Positions 38,525-47,886 of a stretch of 52,161 bases of DNA are shown here, piece after piece; within the stretch, counting starts at the first letter, position 1, and the number at the start of each line of letters is the position of its first letter. Below the pieces are notes generated by a model, which did not search any database, was not told the origin of the DNA, and saw only the letters and a list, made by a program, of their open reading frames with translations. Position numbers and translations under genes: made by a program. The stretch lies in NCBI GenBank assembly GCA_043816025.1, contig JBDRIH010000030.1, positions 1 to 52,161 on the forward strand, in the 5' to 3' direction. The stretch is from Candidatus Omnitrophota bacterium. Its GTDB lineage: Bacteria; Omnitrophota; Gorgyraeia; Tantalellales; Tantalellaceae.

Positions 38525-40224
38525 AACAGTCCTTTCGTTTCGCCGGTTTTCACGTCAACGTCAATACCGGTTCCTCGCGGCACTTTAGGCAGACCCGGCA
38601 TCGTGTTGACCCCTTCACATTTTACCACCACATAACCGGCGCCCGCTGCGATCTCGACGGACTCGACGGCAAGTTTAAACCCTCTGGGGCGGCCTTTCTT
38701 GTTCGGGTTATTGGAAAGCGAAAGATGCGTCTTCGCCATGCATACCGGCAACTGATCGAGCTTGGCCTTTTCCAGTCTTTCGATACTATCGGCAGCCTGC
38801 TCGGAATACTTGACTTCGCTGGCACCGTACATGGATTTGGCGATACGCTCGACCTTACCCTTAAGGTTCATGTCCTGCGGATACAGGTACCGCAGTTTTG
38901 ATTTCTCGTTTGCCGCCTTGATAACCGCCCGAGCCAGCTCCATACCGCCTTTACTTCCCAGTTTATAGACCTCGCTAACGGCCAGACCCTGTACATCAAG
39001 GGCTTCGGCGCGCCTTATAACGACATCCAGTTCTTTCTTTGTGTCCGAATCGAACCTGTTGATGCAAACCACTATCGGCACCCCGAACATCTTCAGGTTT
39101 TCCACCTGTTTCTCCAGATTCGAGCAACCCCTGTCGACAGCGGAAAGATTTTCTTTTTTAAGTTCGGCCGGAACGGAAGTGCCTTTGAAGACAAAATCCC
39201 CGCTGTGTATTTTAAGCGCCCTGATGGAACAGTTAATCACGGCCACGTCCGGTATAATCTTGGACTGCCGGCATTTTATATCGATAAACTTCTCGCCGCC
39301 CAGGTCTACGCCAAACCCGCTCTCGGTCACGGTGTAATCCGCAAGTTTAAGGGCTAACTTATCCGCGATAACCGAACTTGAACCGTGAGAAACGTTAGCA
39401 AAAGACCCCGTATGAACAAAACACGGCGTGTGCTCGATAGTCTGCATGATGTTGGGAGCCAGCGCGGCTTTCATCAGCACTGTCATCGCACCCGCAACTT
39501 TGAGAGCTTCCGCGGTAACAGGCTTGCCGTCTTTATTAAAACCCACAACGATACGTCCAAGACGCGCACGCAGATCTTTCAGGTTTTCCGCCAGTGAAAG
39601 TATTGCCATGCATTCTCCGGCAGGCGTGATATCCACGCTCGTTTTTCTGCTGACACCGTGAAGTTTGCCGCCGCCGCCGATGCCGATATTTCTGAGCACC
39701 CTGTCGTTAACGTCTGATACCCGTCTCCACGTCGAGTCTTCCTTGCCGAAACCATGAGGATCCCCCCAGAAAAGGCTGTTATCCAGAAACGCGGCGCACA
39801 GATTTTGCGCGTCACCTACCGCGGATGAATCGCCGGTCAGATGCAGGTTGATCTCCTCGGCAGGCAGAACCTGGGAATAACCGCCTCCGGCGGCGCCGCC
39901 CTTGATTCCGAAAACCGGTCCCAACGACGGTTGTCGTATACATGATATGGCCTTCTTTCCGAGCTTGTTCAGAGACATAGCAAGACCTATCGTGTTGACT
40001 GTCTTGCCTTCACCCAGGTGTGTCGGTGTGATGGACGTTACCAGAACCAGTTTCCCGTCTTTACGGTTCTTCAGGGAACTGTCCAAGATATCCGTGGAAA
40101 CCTTGGCGACATATTTGCCGTATTTCCTCAGATACTTAGACGCGATGCCCGCTTTTTTAGCAACGTCTTCGATGTCTTTGAGTTTTACGTCCGCCGCCGC
40201 TTTAACATCATAACTATAACCCAT
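38521..40224 (-). CDS. fhs: formate--tetrahydrofolate ligase
   Basis: 567 aa. TPTHLGEGKTVNTIGL, and FANVSHGSSS. Confidence 0.93.
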   Translation of the reverse strand: MGYSYDVKAAADVKLKDIEDVAKKAGIASKYLRKYGKYVAKVSTDILDSSLKNRKDGKLVLVTSITPTHLGEGKTVNTIGLAMSLNKLGKKAISCIRQPSLGPVFGIKGGAAGGGYSQVLPAEEINLHLTGDSSAVGDAQNLCAAFLDNSLFWGDPHGFGKEDSTWRRVSDVNDRVLRNIGIGGGGKLHGVSRKTSVDITPAGECMAILSLAENLKDLRARLGRIVVGFNKDGKPVTAEALKVAGAMTVLMKAALAPNIMQTIEHTPCFVHTGSFANVSHGSSSVIADKLALKLADYTVTESGFGVDLGGEKFIDIKCRQSKIIPDVAVINCSIRALKIHSGDFVFKGTSVPAELKKENLSAVDRGCSNLEKQVENLKMFGVPIVVCINRFDSDTKKELDVVIRRAEALDVQGLAVSEVYKLGSKGGMELARAVIKAANEKSKLRYLYPQDMNLKGKVERIAKSMYGASEVKYSEQAADSIERLEKAKLDQLPVCMAKTHLSLSNNPNKKGRPRGFKLAVESVEIAAGAGYVVVKCEGVNTMPGLPKVPRGTGIDVDVKTGETKGLL

Positions 40225-40888
40225 AACCTTCTCTCCTTTTTTTCTGTATTCTGGCTTTACTCATGTTCCCGAACGGTCCGAACGTCCTGCGGTGTATCGG
40301 ACAGAGACCATACTTTACAACAGCTTCCATATGCTCCCGGGTACCGTACCCCTTGTGTTTGCTGAAACCGTACCGGGGATACCTCTTGTCCTCTTCTATC
40401 ATGAGGCGGTCCCTGAAAACCTTGGCGATAATAGACGCACACGCAATTGAAAGACTGAAACTCTCTCCTCTAGTAATGCACGTCCTGGGCTGGGAAACGG
40501 GAACTTCCATCTTGCCGTCTATCAAAAGATAGTCCGGCTCTTTCTTAAGTTCACCCACGGCCCTTTTCATGGCTAAGAGAGTCGCATTATAGATGTTCAG
40601 CCGATCGATGTCTTCCACGCTGACAGTGCCTATACCCACATCGCAACGCTTCAATATATCAAAAAATGCGCGTTCTCTTACTTTTTCAGTTAATTTTTTA
40701 GAATCGTCTATCCTTTCGGTAAACGCGGTGTCGTGGACAACAACCGCGGACGCGACTACAGGCCCGGCTAAAGGCCCACGGCCGGCCTCATCAATGCCGG
40801 CTACCGTGTCGTATCCGGATTCCAGGGCTTTTTTCTCGTAAAAAAATCTATCCGCCCCGTTACTCTTCTGACTGTTTTTTCTGGACAA
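40214..40888 (-). CDS. rnhB: ribonuclease HII
   Basis: [21 protein letters not shown]. The N-terminal start is uncertain because the ORF overlaps the rplS stop by 29 nt. Confidence 0.88.
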   Translation of the reverse strand: MSRKNSQKSNGADRFFYEKKALESGYDTVAGIDEAGRGPLAGPVVASAVVVHDTAFTERIDDSKKLTEKVRERAFFDILKRCDVGIGTVSVEDIDRLNIYNATLLAMKRAVGELKKEPDYLLIDGKMEVPVSQPRTCITRGESFSLSIACASIIAKVFRDRLMIEEDKRYPRYGFSKHKGYGTREHMEAVVKYGLCPIHRRTFGPFGNMSKARIQKKRREGYGL

Positions 40889-41228
40889 TCTTTTCCCTGA
40901 CCTTGGTCGCCTTCTTGCCTTTTTTGCCCCTGAGATAATACAGTTTGGCGCGTTTGACCTTGCCCTTCTTCCTCACCACTACCTTCTCTATCAGCGGTGA
41001 ATAGAGCGGAAAGATGCGCTCCACGCCTTCGCCGTAAGATATGCGTCTCACGGTAAACGTCTTCTGAACGCTCCGCCCTTTCCTGCCGATAACGATCCCG
41101 CTGAAAACCTGGATACGCATCTTGTCCGCTTCCTTGATGTTAAAATAGACATCGACCGTATCTCCGATATCGAATTGGGGCACTTCTTTGCTTGTATATT
41201 TCGCTTCAAGCTCATCTATCTGCTTCAT
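40860..41228 (-). CDS. rplS: 50S ribosomal protein L19
   Basis: [29 protein letters not shown]. Confidence 0.95.
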   Translation of the reverse strand: MKQIDELEAKYTSKEVPQFDIGDTVDVYFNIKEADKMRIQVFSGIVIGRKGRSVQKTFTVRRISYGEGVERIFPLYSPLIEKVVVRKKGKVKRAKLYYLRGKKGKKATKVREKIVQKKQSEE

Positions 41229-41265
41229 CTTGTCCTCCTTATCTTATCCATCATTGCATATCATA

Positions 41266-41310
41266 GTAGGGCACGTACCCTTTCGTGGCACAGGTTTAAA
41301 CGTGCCCTAC
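41266..41310. repeat. Family-B palindrome, interrupted copy (11-nt arms, 23-nt insert)
   Basis: GTAGGGCACGT accctttcgtggcacaggtttaa ACGTGCCCTAC. It overlaps the last codons and the stop of trmD. Confidence 0.8.
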
Positions 41311-42006
41311 TTTATTTTGCCTCTTTCTCAGCAGGTCGGGGCGCCTTGCCCTTGTCCTGGCCAGGGCCTCAGTCTTCCGCCACTCATCTATTTTCTTAGG
41401 ATCCCCGCACATAAGCACCCCGGGAACACACATGTTTTTGTACTCCGCCGGACGGGTATACTGCGGGTATTCAAGGATATCGTTCTCGAAGGATTCGTCC
41501 AAGAGACACTCTTCGTCACCTAAGACACCCGGGATAAGCCTGACAACGGCATCGCATAAGACCATAGCGGGTATCTCCCCGCAGGTAAGGATATAATCGC
41601 CTATGGAAAGCTCCATATCCACCAGGCTTCTTATCCTTTCGTCGAACCCTTCGTAATGTCCGCATATTAATATTATGTGTTCGAGCGACGAAATCTCTTT
41701 TGCCGCGCCCTGGTCAAACCGCCTGCCCTGGGGTGTGAGGAGTATCACCGTTGGCCGCCGGACGCTCTCGGCCGCCTTTTCTTTAAGTTCCGTAAGGGCT
41801 TTATCCACCGGTTCAACTTTCATCACCATACCGGGACCGCCGCCGTAAGGTTTGTCGTCGGCCGTCCGGTGACGGTCATCCGTCCAGTCTCTGAGATTGT
41901 GAATGACGATATCCACAAGGCGCCTGTTTCGAGCTATCTTGACTATAGACTCGTCAAGCGCGCCCTTGAACATCTCGGGGAAAAGCGTCAATATATCGAT
42001 CCTCAT
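41296..42006 (-). CDS. trmD: tRNA (guanine37-N1)-methyltransferase
   Basis: MRIDILTLFPEMF, YGGGPGMVM, CGHYEGFDERI. Confidence 0.94.
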   Translation of the reverse strand: MRIDILTLFPEMFKGALDESIVKIARNRRLVDIVIHNLRDWTDDRHRTADDKPYGGGPGMVMKVEPVDKALTELKEKAAESVRRPTVILLTPQGRRFDQGAAKEISSLEHIILICGHYEGFDERIRSLVDMELSIGDYILTCGEIPAMVLCDAVVRLIPGVLGDEECLLDESFENDILEYPQYTRPAEYKNMCVPGVLMCGDPKKIDEWRKTEALARTRARRPDLLRKRQNKVGHV

Positions 42007-42020
42007 TAAAGCACCTGCTC

Positions 42021-42260
42021 TTATATCTCAAGTCGTTTCAGAATACTCTTCACGGTTTCTGACGGTTTCGCGCCGTTTTTCAACCAATACTCGACCCGGG
42101 CCCTGTCCAGGGCAACCTTGTCTTTGCCTTTTTTGGGGTCGTAATGACCCAGCTCTTCCAGGGCTTTGCCGTCCCTTTTTTCCGATTTCGTCATCGCAAC
42201 GATACGGTAAGAAGGCTTTTTATTGGTACCAAACATCTTAAGTCTCAGAACAACAGCCAT
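42021..42260 (-). CDS. rpsP: 30S ribosomal protein S16
   Basis: MAVVLRLKMFGTNKKPSYRIV, with AGGAGG upstream of Met18. The ORF is open to 42311. Confidence 0.93.
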   Translation of the reverse strand: MAVVLRLKMFGTNKKPSYRIVAMTKSEKRDGKALEELGHYDPKKGKDKVALDRARVEYWLKNGAKPSETVKSILKRLEI

Positions 42261-42277
42261 TTCTTCTCCTCCTTGTA

Positions 42278-43543
42278 TTATTCTTTTATCCTGGATATCT
42301 TCGCGCCACAAGCCGAAAGTTTTTCCTCTATATGTTCATATCCCCGGTCCAGATGATATATCCTTGATATTTCCGTGCGTCCCTGGGCGACCAGCCCCGC
42401 CAGGACCAAAGCTGCCGAAGCCCTCAGGTCCGATGCCATGACCGGCGCGCCGCTTAAGCTCTTAACGCCTTTGATGATCGCCGTCGAACCTTCGAGGATA
42501 ATATCCGCACCCATCCTGTTAAGCTCGCTTATGTGTATAAACCTTTCCGGGTATATCTTCTCGGTGATCACGCTGATACCGTCACTGACGGTAGCAAGAC
42601 TCATCATCTGGGCCTGTAAATCCGTCGGAAAGCCCGGATACGTCAGTGTGGTAATGTCCGTGGCATGGCTCCTATCCCCGGAGCGATATACCTCCACCCC
42701 GCCGGAACGCCCTTCAACCACACCGCCACATTCCTGCAATTTATCGATAAGGGCAAGGTTATGCTCCACACGGGCGTTTTCAAGAAAGAGCCGTCCCCCC
42801 GTCAAAACCGCGGCTATCATGTAAGTGCCTGATTCGATCCTGTCAGGAATAATGGAATATTTTACTCCGCCCAATTTTGAAACGCCTTTTATCTTGATAG
42901 TAGGAGTTCCCTTTCCTTCGATGTCCGAACCCATCGCTTTCAAAAAATCCACCAGATCCACGACTTCCGGTTCACAGGCGGCGTTTTCTATGATAGTCTC
43001 GCCCTCGGCCAAGACGGCCGCCATAAGCGTGTTGGCTGTAGCCAGCACGCTTGAACCAAAATGCCCTCCGAGATATATTCTGGCTCCTTTTAATTTATCG
43101 GCGGTGGCGCAAATGTACCCTTCCTTGATACGTATGTCCGCGCCGAGCGCTCTTAACCCCTTAAGATGCAGATCTATCGGCCTTGGACCGATAACGCATC
43201 CCCCCGGAAACGATACCCTTGCCTGGCCATATCTTGCAAGAAGCGGCCCCAGAACAGTTATCGACGCACGCATGGTACTGACCATTTCGTATGATGCGGT
43301 TACGTTTTTACCCTCACCGGCGGACACCTTTACCGTATTTGCTTCCCTGGTAAGCCCGCGTCCGAACGTATTCAGGATATCAATCATCGTGGAAACATCT
43401 TTAAGATCCGGTATATTGGAAACGGTGCAGCTTTCGTCCGTCAGGATGGTCGCCGCAAGAATCGGAAGACAGGCATTCTTCGCCCCGCTTATCCGGATCA
43501 CGCCGGAGAGCTTCTTCCCTCCTTCGATAACCAGTTTATCCAT
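42278..43543 (-). CDS. murA: UDP-N-acetylglucosamine 1-carboxyvinyltransferase
   Basis: MDKLVIEGGKKLSG, with the active-site Cys in PGGCVIGPRPIDLH. Confidence 0.95.
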   Translation of the reverse strand: MDKLVIEGGKKLSGVIRISGAKNACLPILAATILTDESCTVSNIPDLKDVSTMIDILNTFGRGLTREANTVKVSAGEGKNVTASYEMVSTMRASITVLGPLLARYGQARVSFPGGCVIGPRPIDLHLKGLRALGADIRIKEGYICATADKLKGARIYLGGHFGSSVLATANTLMAAVLAEGETIIENAACEPEVVDLVDFLKAMGSDIEGKGTPTIKIKGVSKLGGVKYSIIPDRIESGTYMIAAVLTGGRLFLENARVEHNLALIDKLQECGGVVEGRSGGVEVYRSGDRSHATDITTLTYPGFPTDLQAQMMSLATVSDGISVITEKIYPERFIHISELNRMGADIILEGSTAIIKGVKSLSGAPVMASDLRASAALVLAGLVAQGRTEISRIYHLDRGYEHIEEKLSACGAKISRIKE

Positions 43544-44213
43544 GTTTCCACCCTACAATAACGCGTTCGTGATCGTTAAAATCCCTGTAACTTCCTATAT
43601 CCGTAAAACCGTACGCGGAAAAACTTTCCTTTACTTTTTTTGCCTGATCATAACCGCATTCCACGACGCAAAAACCGCCTCTTTTGAGAAACTTAGCGCT
43701 TTTCTCGGCTATAACGCGCAGATAATCCATACCTTCATGGCCTGCATAAAGGGCTATTCTCGGCTCGGCTTTTACCCAGGCATCGAGCCCGGGGTAATCC
43801 TCCTGTGAGACATAAGGCGGATTCGATACAATACAATCAAAGACGCCTTCGTATTCCGGACCAAACGCGGAGAACATGTCCGAGGCAAGTAATTTAACCC
43901 GGTCTTCCTGGTCAAAATGCTTCAGGTTTTCACGCGCTACACTTAAAGCCTCTCCGGAGACGTCCGAGGCGATCATCCGGCAATCAGGGATCTCTTTTGT
44001 CAGGCCCAGAGAAATAATCCCGCTGCCGGTACCGACATCGAGTATAAAAGGTCTCCCCCATGATTTTTCGCGGCACAAATCTGAGACTACAGTAACAAGG
44101 AGTTCCGTTTCCGGCCGCGGTATCAGTACGCGCCTGTCAACCTTCACGTCCATGCCCATGAACGCTGCTTTGCCTTCTTCGTACTGCACGGGAATCGTCT
44201 CGGAATAATTCAT
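43536..44213 (-). CDS. prmC: release factor glutamine methyltransferase, short form lacking the N-terminal helical domain
   Basis: LIPRPETE, DVGTGSG, IVSNPPYV. 225 aa. Confidence 0.85.
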   Translation of the reverse strand: MNYSETIPVQYEEGKAAFMGMDVKVDRRVLIPRPETELLVTVVSDLCREKSWGRPFILDVGTGSGIISLGLTKEIPDCRMIASDVSGEALSVARENLKHFDQEDRVKLLASDMFSAFGPEYEGVFDCIVSNPPYVSQEDYPGLDAWVKAEPRIALYAGHEGMDYLRVIAEKSAKFLKRGGFCVVECGYDQAKKVKESFSAYGFTDIGSYRDFNDHERVIVGWKHG

Positions 44214-45293
44214 TTAGAAGGACTCCAGCTTAAGTTTCTTGTCCTCTTCGATCAAAGCGCTTACCAACTCGTCCAAATCCCCTTCAAGTATGTTAGAGAG
44301 GTTGTATAACGACAGATTGATCCTGTGATCCGTGACTCTGTTCTCCGAAAAATTATAAGTCCTTATCTTTTCTGACCGGTCTCCGCTGCCAATCTGCTTT
44401 TTCCTCTTGTCGGAGATCTCTTTTCTCTGGACTTCCTGTATCTTCTTAAGAATTCGCGCTTTAAGCACACGCATGGCCTTTAGCTTGTTCTTATGCTGGC
44501 TCCTCTCATCCTGGCAGCTGACCACAACACCGGTCGGCAAGTGCGTTATGCGCACGGCGGAATCTGTCACATTTACGTGCTGCCCGCCGGCACCCGAGGC
44601 CCGGTAAACATCTATCCTCAGGTCCTGCTGTTTTATGTCCACTTCCACATCATTGGCTTCAGGCAGAACCGCAACGGTAGCCGCCGAGGTATGTATGCGT
44701 CCGCTTGCTTCCGTTTCCGGGACACGCTGTACCCTGTGAGTGCCCATCTCAAACCTCAAGAACTTAAAAACATTATGTCCCTCTACGGAAAATACAATCT
44801 CCTTGATCCCGCCCATCCCCGATTCGCTTAAACTCATAATAGGGGTCTTCCAATCTTTATTGGCGGCATACTTTGTGTACATCTTGTAGAGATCCGCCGC
44901 GAACAAACTGGCCTCTACGCCGCCGGTGCCCGCTCTTATCTCCATTATCACGTTTTTCTTGTACTCATCCCGGTCTTCCTCAAGAAGAAGCTCCTCCATC
45001 TCTTTTCTCTTGGCTTCTATAGCTGTCAGGACGTTTTCAAGTTCTTTTTTTGCCAGAACGGCGTACTCGCTGCGCTCCTCTTCTTCTTCGATCATCTTCT
45101 CCAGAGCCAGCTTCTCCTCCTCCAGCAAAAGATACTTGTCATACTCTTCGATAATCTCCTTCATCCCCGCGTATTCTTTTGCCTTGACCGTATATCGCTC
45201 GCGATTCGACAAGAGTTCCGGCAAAGAAAGTTCCTTCTCCAGTTTTTTGTAATACTCTTTCTTCTTGCTGAGTTCCTCGAACATCTTTACCAT
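44214..45293 (-). CDS. prfA: peptide chain release factor 1
   Basis: GGQHVN, and [17 protein letters not shown] (PxT tripeptide type). Confidence 0.94.
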   Translation of the reverse strand: MVKMFEELSKKKEYYKKLEKELSLPELLSNRERYTVKAKEYAGMKEIIEEYDKYLLLEEEKLALEKMIEEEEERSEYAVLAKKELENVLTAIEAKRKEMEELLLEEDRDEYKKNVIMEIRAGTGGVEASLFAADLYKMYTKYAANKDWKTPIMSLSESGMGGIKEIVFSVEGHNVFKFLRFEMGTHRVQRVPETEASGRIHTSAATVAVLPEANDVEVDIKQQDLRIDVYRASGAGGQHVNVTDSAVRITHLPTGVVVSCQDERSQHKNKLKAMRVLKARILKKIQEVQRKEISDKRKKQIGSGDRSEKIRTYNFSENRVTDHRINLSLYNLSNILEGDLDELVSALIEEDKKLKLESF

Positions 45294-45324
45294 AAGATCA
45301 GTCTATCTGGTTATATGCATGGCG

Positions 45325-45393
45325 TATTACACAAATGTGGCCTGCCTGTATGGAAACGATTATCGAAAGTTTGTTCCAAACCAGCAGACCACA
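45325..45393 (-). terminator. possible terminator or processing hairpin after rpmE
   Basis: Minus strand: tgtggtctgc..tggaac..gtttcca..gcaggccaca (about 58 nt, one G.U pair), followed by TTTGTGT. Confidence 0.3.
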
Positions 45394-45408
45394 CCTGTTT
45401 AGTATACT

Positions 45409-45711
45409 TTATGCCTCAGCTTTGCCTTCCTCTGGCGGAGCTTCTGCAGTGCTATCTGCTTCCTTGGGCGGCTGCTGGGTAATACTTTCAGCCTTTTTAG
45501 GTTCTACCATCTTTTTCTGTGCATAACGTTTTTGAAAACGTTCGACTCTTCCAGCGGAGTCAACCAGTTTTTGCTTACCGGTATAAAACGGATGACACTT
45601 GGAACATATTTCAACATGTATGTTCTCTTTTGTCGAACGCGTATGTACGGTATTCCCGCAGGCGCAAACAATGGTAGTATCTATATACTTTGGATGTATA
45701 CCTTTCTTCAC
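45409..45711 (-). CDS. rpmE: 50S ribosomal protein L31 (zinc-binding type A) with a low-complexity C-terminal tail
   Basis: MKKGIHPKY, CxC...CxxC (CACG / CSKC), and PFYTGKQK. The last roughly 35 aa are K/E/P/A-rich. Confidence 0.92.
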   Translation of the reverse strand: MKKGIHPKYIDTTIVCACGNTVHTRSTKENIHVEICSKCHPFYTGKQKLVDSAGRVERFQKRYAQKKMVEPKKAESITQQPPKEADSTAEAPPEEGKAEA

Positions 45712-45764
45712 TTCTAACCTCCTATATAAATATATTATTTAATTTGGTCATAAAGAGAATACTT

Positions 45765-45792
45765 ATTTTACTAAAATTTCCACAAATATCAA
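45765..45792 (-). promoter_or_regulatory. putative sigma70-type promoter for rpmE
   Basis: On the minus strand: TTGATA, 16 nt, TAAAAT, about 50 nt upstream of the rpmE start. Confidence 0.4.
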
Positions 45793-45875
45793 GCATTAAT
45801 TGTAAATGTACCGTTTGCAAATTTAAGCACCCAAGTGCCCCCTTTTTTGAGATTAAAGGTGCCCCTTTATACTTG

Positions 45876-45915
45876 TGAACCAGGTTCTACCACTTTGTGG
45901 GCTGAACCTGGTTCA
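45876..45915. repeat. TGAACCnGGTTCA-subfamily hairpin (12-bp arms, 16-nt loop)
   Basis: tgaaccaggttc taccactttgtgggct gaacctggttca. Confidence 0.88.
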
Positions 45916-45968
45916 GTCGCTGGGGATATCGATCCTGAAAATTGGAGGTGCCGATTTGGCACCGGCTC

Positions 45969-46008
45969 TGAACCGGGTTCCAGAACTTCGTTCGATGAAC
46001 CCGGTTCA
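45969..46008. repeat. TGAACCnGGTTCA-subfamily hairpin (12-bp perfect arms, 16-nt loop)
   Basis: tgaaccgggttc cagaacttcgttcgat gaacccggttca. The loop carries GAACTTCGTTC, which is also present at 31596-31606. Confidence 0.88.
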
Positions 46009-46017
46009 AGCTGCCAA

Positions 46018-46048
46018 ATCTAAACAGGTTAGATCTGTCAGGTTAGAC
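46018..46048. repeat. Family-A repeat unit (slightly degenerate) overlapping the rho stop codon
   Basis: The minus strand reads gTCTAACCtgacagatctaacctgtttagatt. The TAA of rho lies at 46043-46045. Confidence 0.85.
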
Positions 46049-47323
46049 TTTGCCCATGTTTTGGAGGAATTCTTTGTTGGTCTTGGATTTTTTTAAACGG
46101 TCTATAAGCAGCTGCATGGCCTCCACCGAATCCAGGTCGCTGAGGGCTTTACGCATCAGCCATATTTTTTTCAGTTCATCGTCTTCTACAAGAAGTTCCT
46201 CTTTTCGCGTGTTAGACCGTCTTATGTCGATGGAGGGAAATATCCTGCGCTGAAAAAGGTTCCTGTCCAGCTGCATTTCCATGTTACCGGTGCCCTTGAA
46301 CTCCTCGAAAATTACCTCGTCCATGCGGCTGCCCGTATCGATAAGAGCGGTAGCGATGATGGTGAGGCTGCCTCCCTCCTCCACGTTGCGCGCGGAACCA
46401 AAAAACCGTTTAGGTTTGTGAAGGGCGTTAGAGTCAACACCGCCGGTAAGGATCTTGCCGGAATGCGGCACAACGGTATTGTATGCGCGTGCCAGTCGTG
46501 TTATGGAATCCAGAAGGATAACGACGTCGTATTTGTGTTCCACGAGCCGTTTCGCCTTTTTAATTACCATCTCGGCGACCTGGGTGTGCCTTTGCGGCTG
46601 TTCGTCAAAGGTCGACGCGATAACTTCCGCTTTTACCGAACGCTGCATGTCGGTAACTTCTTCCGGCCTTTCGTCTATAAGCAGGATTAAAAGTTTAACT
46701 TCGGGATAATTATGGGTAATGGCATTGGCGAACTTCTGCAGAAAAACGGTTTTGCCGCTGTATGGAGGGGCTACTATCATGCCCCTTTGCCCCTTCCCGA
46801 CGGGGGTTAAAAGGTCCATCACCCTCATGGAGATTTCTTCGGGAGACGTTTCCAGTACGAATCGTTCATCGGGATACAGCGGGGTGAGATTCTCAAAAAG
46901 TATTTTGTTTTTAGCCACCTCGGGGTTTTCGTAGTTGACCGCTTCCACTTTTAAAAGAGCGAAATATCTTTCGCCTTCTTTAGGAGGCCTGATCTGTCCG
47001 CTGACCGTGTCCCCTGTCTTCAGGTTGAATCTCCGGATCTGCGAAGGTGAAACGTATATATCGTCCGGACAGGGCAGGTAGTTGTAATCGGGGCTCCTTA
47101 GAAACCCGAATCCGTCTTCCAGCACTTCAAGTACACCTTCGCCGTAAGCAAACCCGTCTTTTTCGATCTTGGCCTGCAGAACCTTGAAAATAAGGTCATG
47201 CTTTTTCAGGCCGCTGATACCGTTTATCTCCAGCCCTTTCGCCAGTTCCGTCAGTTCAGCTATTTTCATGTTCTTAAGCTGTACTATATCCAGTTCTTTG
47301 TTTCTTTTTACATCTTTTGCCAT
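46043..47323 (-). CDS. rho: transcription termination factor Rho
   Basis: N-terminal RNA-binding domain (GFGFLR), Walker A APPYSGKT, and the RecA-like core. Confidence 0.95.
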   Translation of the reverse strand: MAKDVKRNKELDIVQLKNMKIAELTELAKGLEINGISGLKKHDLIFKVLQAKIEKDGFAYGEGVLEVLEDGFGFLRSPDYNYLPCPDDIYVSPSQIRRFNLKTGDTVSGQIRPPKEGERYFALLKVEAVNYENPEVAKNKILFENLTPLYPDERFVLETSPEEISMRVMDLLTPVGKGQRGMIVAPPYSGKTVFLQKFANAITHNYPEVKLLILLIDERPEEVTDMQRSVKAEVIASTFDEQPQRHTQVAEMVIKKAKRLVEHKYDVVILLDSITRLARAYNTVVPHSGKILTGGVDSNALHKPKRFFGSARNVEEGGSLTIIATALIDTGSRMDEVIFEEFKGTGNMEMQLDRNLFQRRIFPSIDIRRSNTRKEELLVEDDELKKIWLMRKALSDLDSVEAMQLLIDRLKKSKTNKEFLQNMGKV

Positions 47324-47886
47324 ATTTCTTCTACTCCTTCTTTTACCTTATCTAAGTTTGTGTCGCTATCTATAATATAATCGGCGAATTTTACTTTTTC
47401 GGAAAGAGGCATCTGTTTTTCGATAACGCTCCTGGCCTCTTCCTCCGAAATCCCCCGATCCTTGGCCCTTTTTATCTGATCCTCATGCTTTGCCGTTACG
47501 ACGACCACGATATCCACGTAATCATTAAGGCGAGTCTCGATCAAAAGAGGCGCGTCGACAACAACTGTCGACTCCGGAAATCGCCCTGCCTCTTCTTTGA
47601 TACGCTGTATGATTACAGGATGCAGCAGCCGGCAGAGGCTGTCTAATTTATCCTTGTCGAAAAAAACTTTCCCTGCCAGTTTTCTCCGGTCGATATCGCC
47701 TTCCGTAAGGATGCCATCACCGAAAAGCTCTATTACCCCTTGCCTGGTTTCTTTATCTTCCTTCAGGACGTTATGGGCGATTTCGTCCGCGTCGATCTTG
47801 ACCGCGCCTTTGGCGGCAAACATGTCCGCTACGGTTGTTTTTCCAGTAGCAAGTCCGCCTGTAACCCCTATAATCTTACGGCTCAT
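47308..47886 (-). CDS. coaE: dephospho-CoA kinase
   Basis: [14 protein letters not shown]-loop. 192 aa. Confidence 0.9.
   Translation of the reverse strand: MSRKIIGVTGGLATGKTTVADMFAAKGAVKIDADEIAHNVLKEDKETRQGVIELFGDGILTEGDIDRRKLAGKVFFDKDKLDSLCRLLHPVIIQRIKEEAGRFPESTVVVDAPLLIETRLNDYVDIVVVVTAKHEDQIKRAKDRGISEEEARSVIEKQMPLSEKVKFADYIIDSDTNLDKVKEGVEEIWQKM

Noticed and set aside
45835-46096. Plus-strand ORFs of 62 and 73 aa with reiterated EPGS and N(Q/L/P)V motifs.
   Set aside because: The peptide repeats are simply translations of the GAACCnGGTTC repeat copies. There is no RBS, and the ORFs overlap the rho 3' end.
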